Shown here one piece after another: positions 62,985 through 64,000 of a stretch of DNA of 64,000 nt. Every line of letters starts with the position of its first letter. Position 1 is the first letter of the stretch. The DNA lies in NCBI GenBank assembly GCA_021324465.1, contig JAJPJB010000031.1:5307-69306 (forward strand), written 5' to 3'. The position numbers and the translations under genes are program-made. The notes below the pieces were generated by a model that saw only the letters and a list, made by a program, of their open reading frames with translations, was not told the origin of the DNA and did no database searches. This DNA comes from Hyphomicrobiaceae bacterium. GTDB taxonomy: Bacteria; Pseudomonadota; Alphaproteobacteria; Rhizobiales; Xanthobacteraceae.

Positions 62985-63967
62985 TCACTCGGTCCCGCGA
63001 TGTAATAGGTGCCAGGGTCGAGTTCGCGGGCCGGGCCGACGAGATCCGCGCCGCCGATCGCAGCCAGCACGCGATAGAGCGCCCGCGCATCGGCAAACTC
63101 CTCGCCCACGGAGCGGCGCGGAATGCCCTCGAGATAACGCCGTCGATAGACCTCGATCGCCGCCGCGTCGCTCACTCCGATCCGGCCGGCAAGCCGCTGC
63201 CATTCCCCTGGCGCGCTGCCGAGAATCTCTTTCGCCTCCTCGGCGGCGGCGAAGAATCGATCGAGCAGCTCGTGGTGATGTTCCGCCCACCGATTCTCGA
63301 ACACGTAGCCGACCATGGCGACCGGCCCGCTTGCGCCAAGCTGCCGCATGACGTCGGACATGGCGATTGCCTGCCGCATACCCTTGGCTTCGAGTGCGGC
63401 GCAAAAATTCCAAAAGGTCAGCGTGGCGTCGGTCTCGCCCTGCAGCGCCTTTTGCGTCAGCAGCGGCGGGGCGCCGTACGCAATCTCGGTCTGTGCCTTC
63501 AGATCGATCCCTGATCGGCGCGCCAACGCCTGCAGCAGCAGCCAGCTCTTGTCGAGGGGGCCGCCGGCAACGCCAAGCTTTTTGCCCTTCAGGTCGGCAA
63601 GGCCGTGGATCGGCGAGTTCGCCGGCACCATGACGCCGCCCAGCGCACTCGAATAGGGATAAAAGACAAGATCGTCGCCAAGCGCGCGCTCTCGCGCGAC
63701 CCACAGCCAATCGGACAGGATCAGGTCGGCGGAGCCTCCCCTGAGCGCTATTTGTCCGGCCTCGGTGCTGGCAAGCGCCGTGGTCTCGATAGTGAGATCG
63801 TGCTTGAGGTCGAGGCCGTGGCTGCGGATGACTTCGAGCTCCCATGCAAACGTGCCGGTCTTTTGCGCCGTAACGCGAATCTTTTCCGCCGCATCGGCGC
63901 GCGGCGCGGCAAGCGCGGCGCCGAGCGCGATCTGCAGCAAGAGGGCACGCCGAGTCGTCCGCCACAT
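62981..63967 (-). CDS. NMT1/THI5-like (NitT/TauT family) periplasmic substrate-binding protein
   Basis: Signal MWRTTRRALLLQIALGAALAAPRADA. KIRVTAQKTGTFAWELEVIRSHGLDLK. The alternative frame 62985-63965 is Arg-rich nonsense. Confidence 0.8.
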   Translation of the reverse strand: MWRTTRRALLLQIALGAALAAPRADAAEKIRVTAQKTGTFAWELEVIRSHGLDLKHDLTIETTALASTEAGQIALRGGSADLILSDWLWVARERALGDDLVFYPYSSALGGVMVPANSPIHGLADLKGKKLGVAGGPLDKSWLLLQALARRSGIDLKAQTEIAYGAPPLLTQKALQGETDATLTFWNFCAALEAKGMRQAIAMSDVMRQLGASGPVAMVGYVFENRWAEHHHELLDRFFAAAEEAKEILGSAPGEWQRLAGRIGVSDAAAIEVYRRRYLEGIPRRSVGEEFADARALYRVLAAIGGADLVGPARELDPGTYYIAGPSE

Positions 63968-64000
63968 GGCTCGACTCCTCCTCCCGAGGCGTTCCGCCCA

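Noticed and set aside
62985-63965. 326-aa ORF in an alternative minus frame of the binding-protein gene, and the 273-aa ORF at 62275-63096
   Set aside because: Extremely Arg-rich with no signal peptide or domain. The 62981-63967 and 62238-62984 frames give canonical binding-protein and permease sequences.
1-64000. Mobile elements, prophage, CRISPR arrays, tRNA/rRNA genes, toxin-antitoxin or defence systems
   Set aside because: No transposase, integrase or recombinase-like translations, no direct-repeat/spacer arrays, and no tRNA-like T-arm (GGTTCGAATCC-type) sequences outside coding frames were seen. Gene density and GC look uniform, so I saw no evidence of recent horizontal insertion.

Overview
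GC-rich (by eye roughly 60-65%), densely coding chromosomal segment with alphaproteobacterial (Bradyrhizobiaceae/Methylobacteriaceae-like) gene content. I saw no rRNA, tRNA, CRISPR, transposase, integrase or phage genes. Frames were chosen by protein-family motifs, RBS spacing and start/stop coupling, because high GC produces many long antisense shadow ORFs. Left third (1-20.3 kb) is a nutrient-scavenging/catabolic block: TetR regulator, NMT1-type and two Bug/TctC-type binding proteins, GNAT, epimerase, MetE-like Zn alkyltransferase, FAD oxidoreductase, a LeuCD-type hydratase pair, a complete Liv-type ABC importer translationally coupled to a PEP-mutase/isocitrate-lyase-family lyase, a dihydropyrimidinase-like amidohydrolase and a RutA/SfnG-like flavin monooxygenase. 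20.5-23 kb holds cytochrome c, an exported pentapeptide-repeat protein and a TylF-like methyltransferase. The rest (23-64 kb) is a consolidated lanthanide-type methylotrophy super-island. It contains H4MPT-linked formaldehyde oxidation (fae, mch, mtdB, mptG, fhcBADC plus cofactor-biosynthesis genes) and xoxF-xoxG-xoxJ with the XoxF DYD lanthanide signature. Around these sit uncharacterised quinoprotein-associated genes: a SoxYZ-like carrier, an MBL hydrolase, a CXXCW rhodanese-like protein, a beta-propeller, a LivK-like binding protein and an ABC-2 pair. A second cofactor operon includes an MfnB-FolB fusion. pqqABCD is present without pqqE; pqqA was found by hand and is not in the ORF track. 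The island ends with a NarL-type two-component system, a TonB-dependent receptor followed by a lanmodulin-like four-EF-hand protein, and a NitT/TauT-type ABC importer. The best candidates for new biology are the Pro-poor lanmodulin variant with its receptor, the periplasmic thiol-carrier/hydrolase/rhodanese set around xoxF, the split Ped-like ABC system, the MfnB-FolB fusion, and several small Cys-containing exported proteins. All homology statements come from reading the translations. No database search was run.
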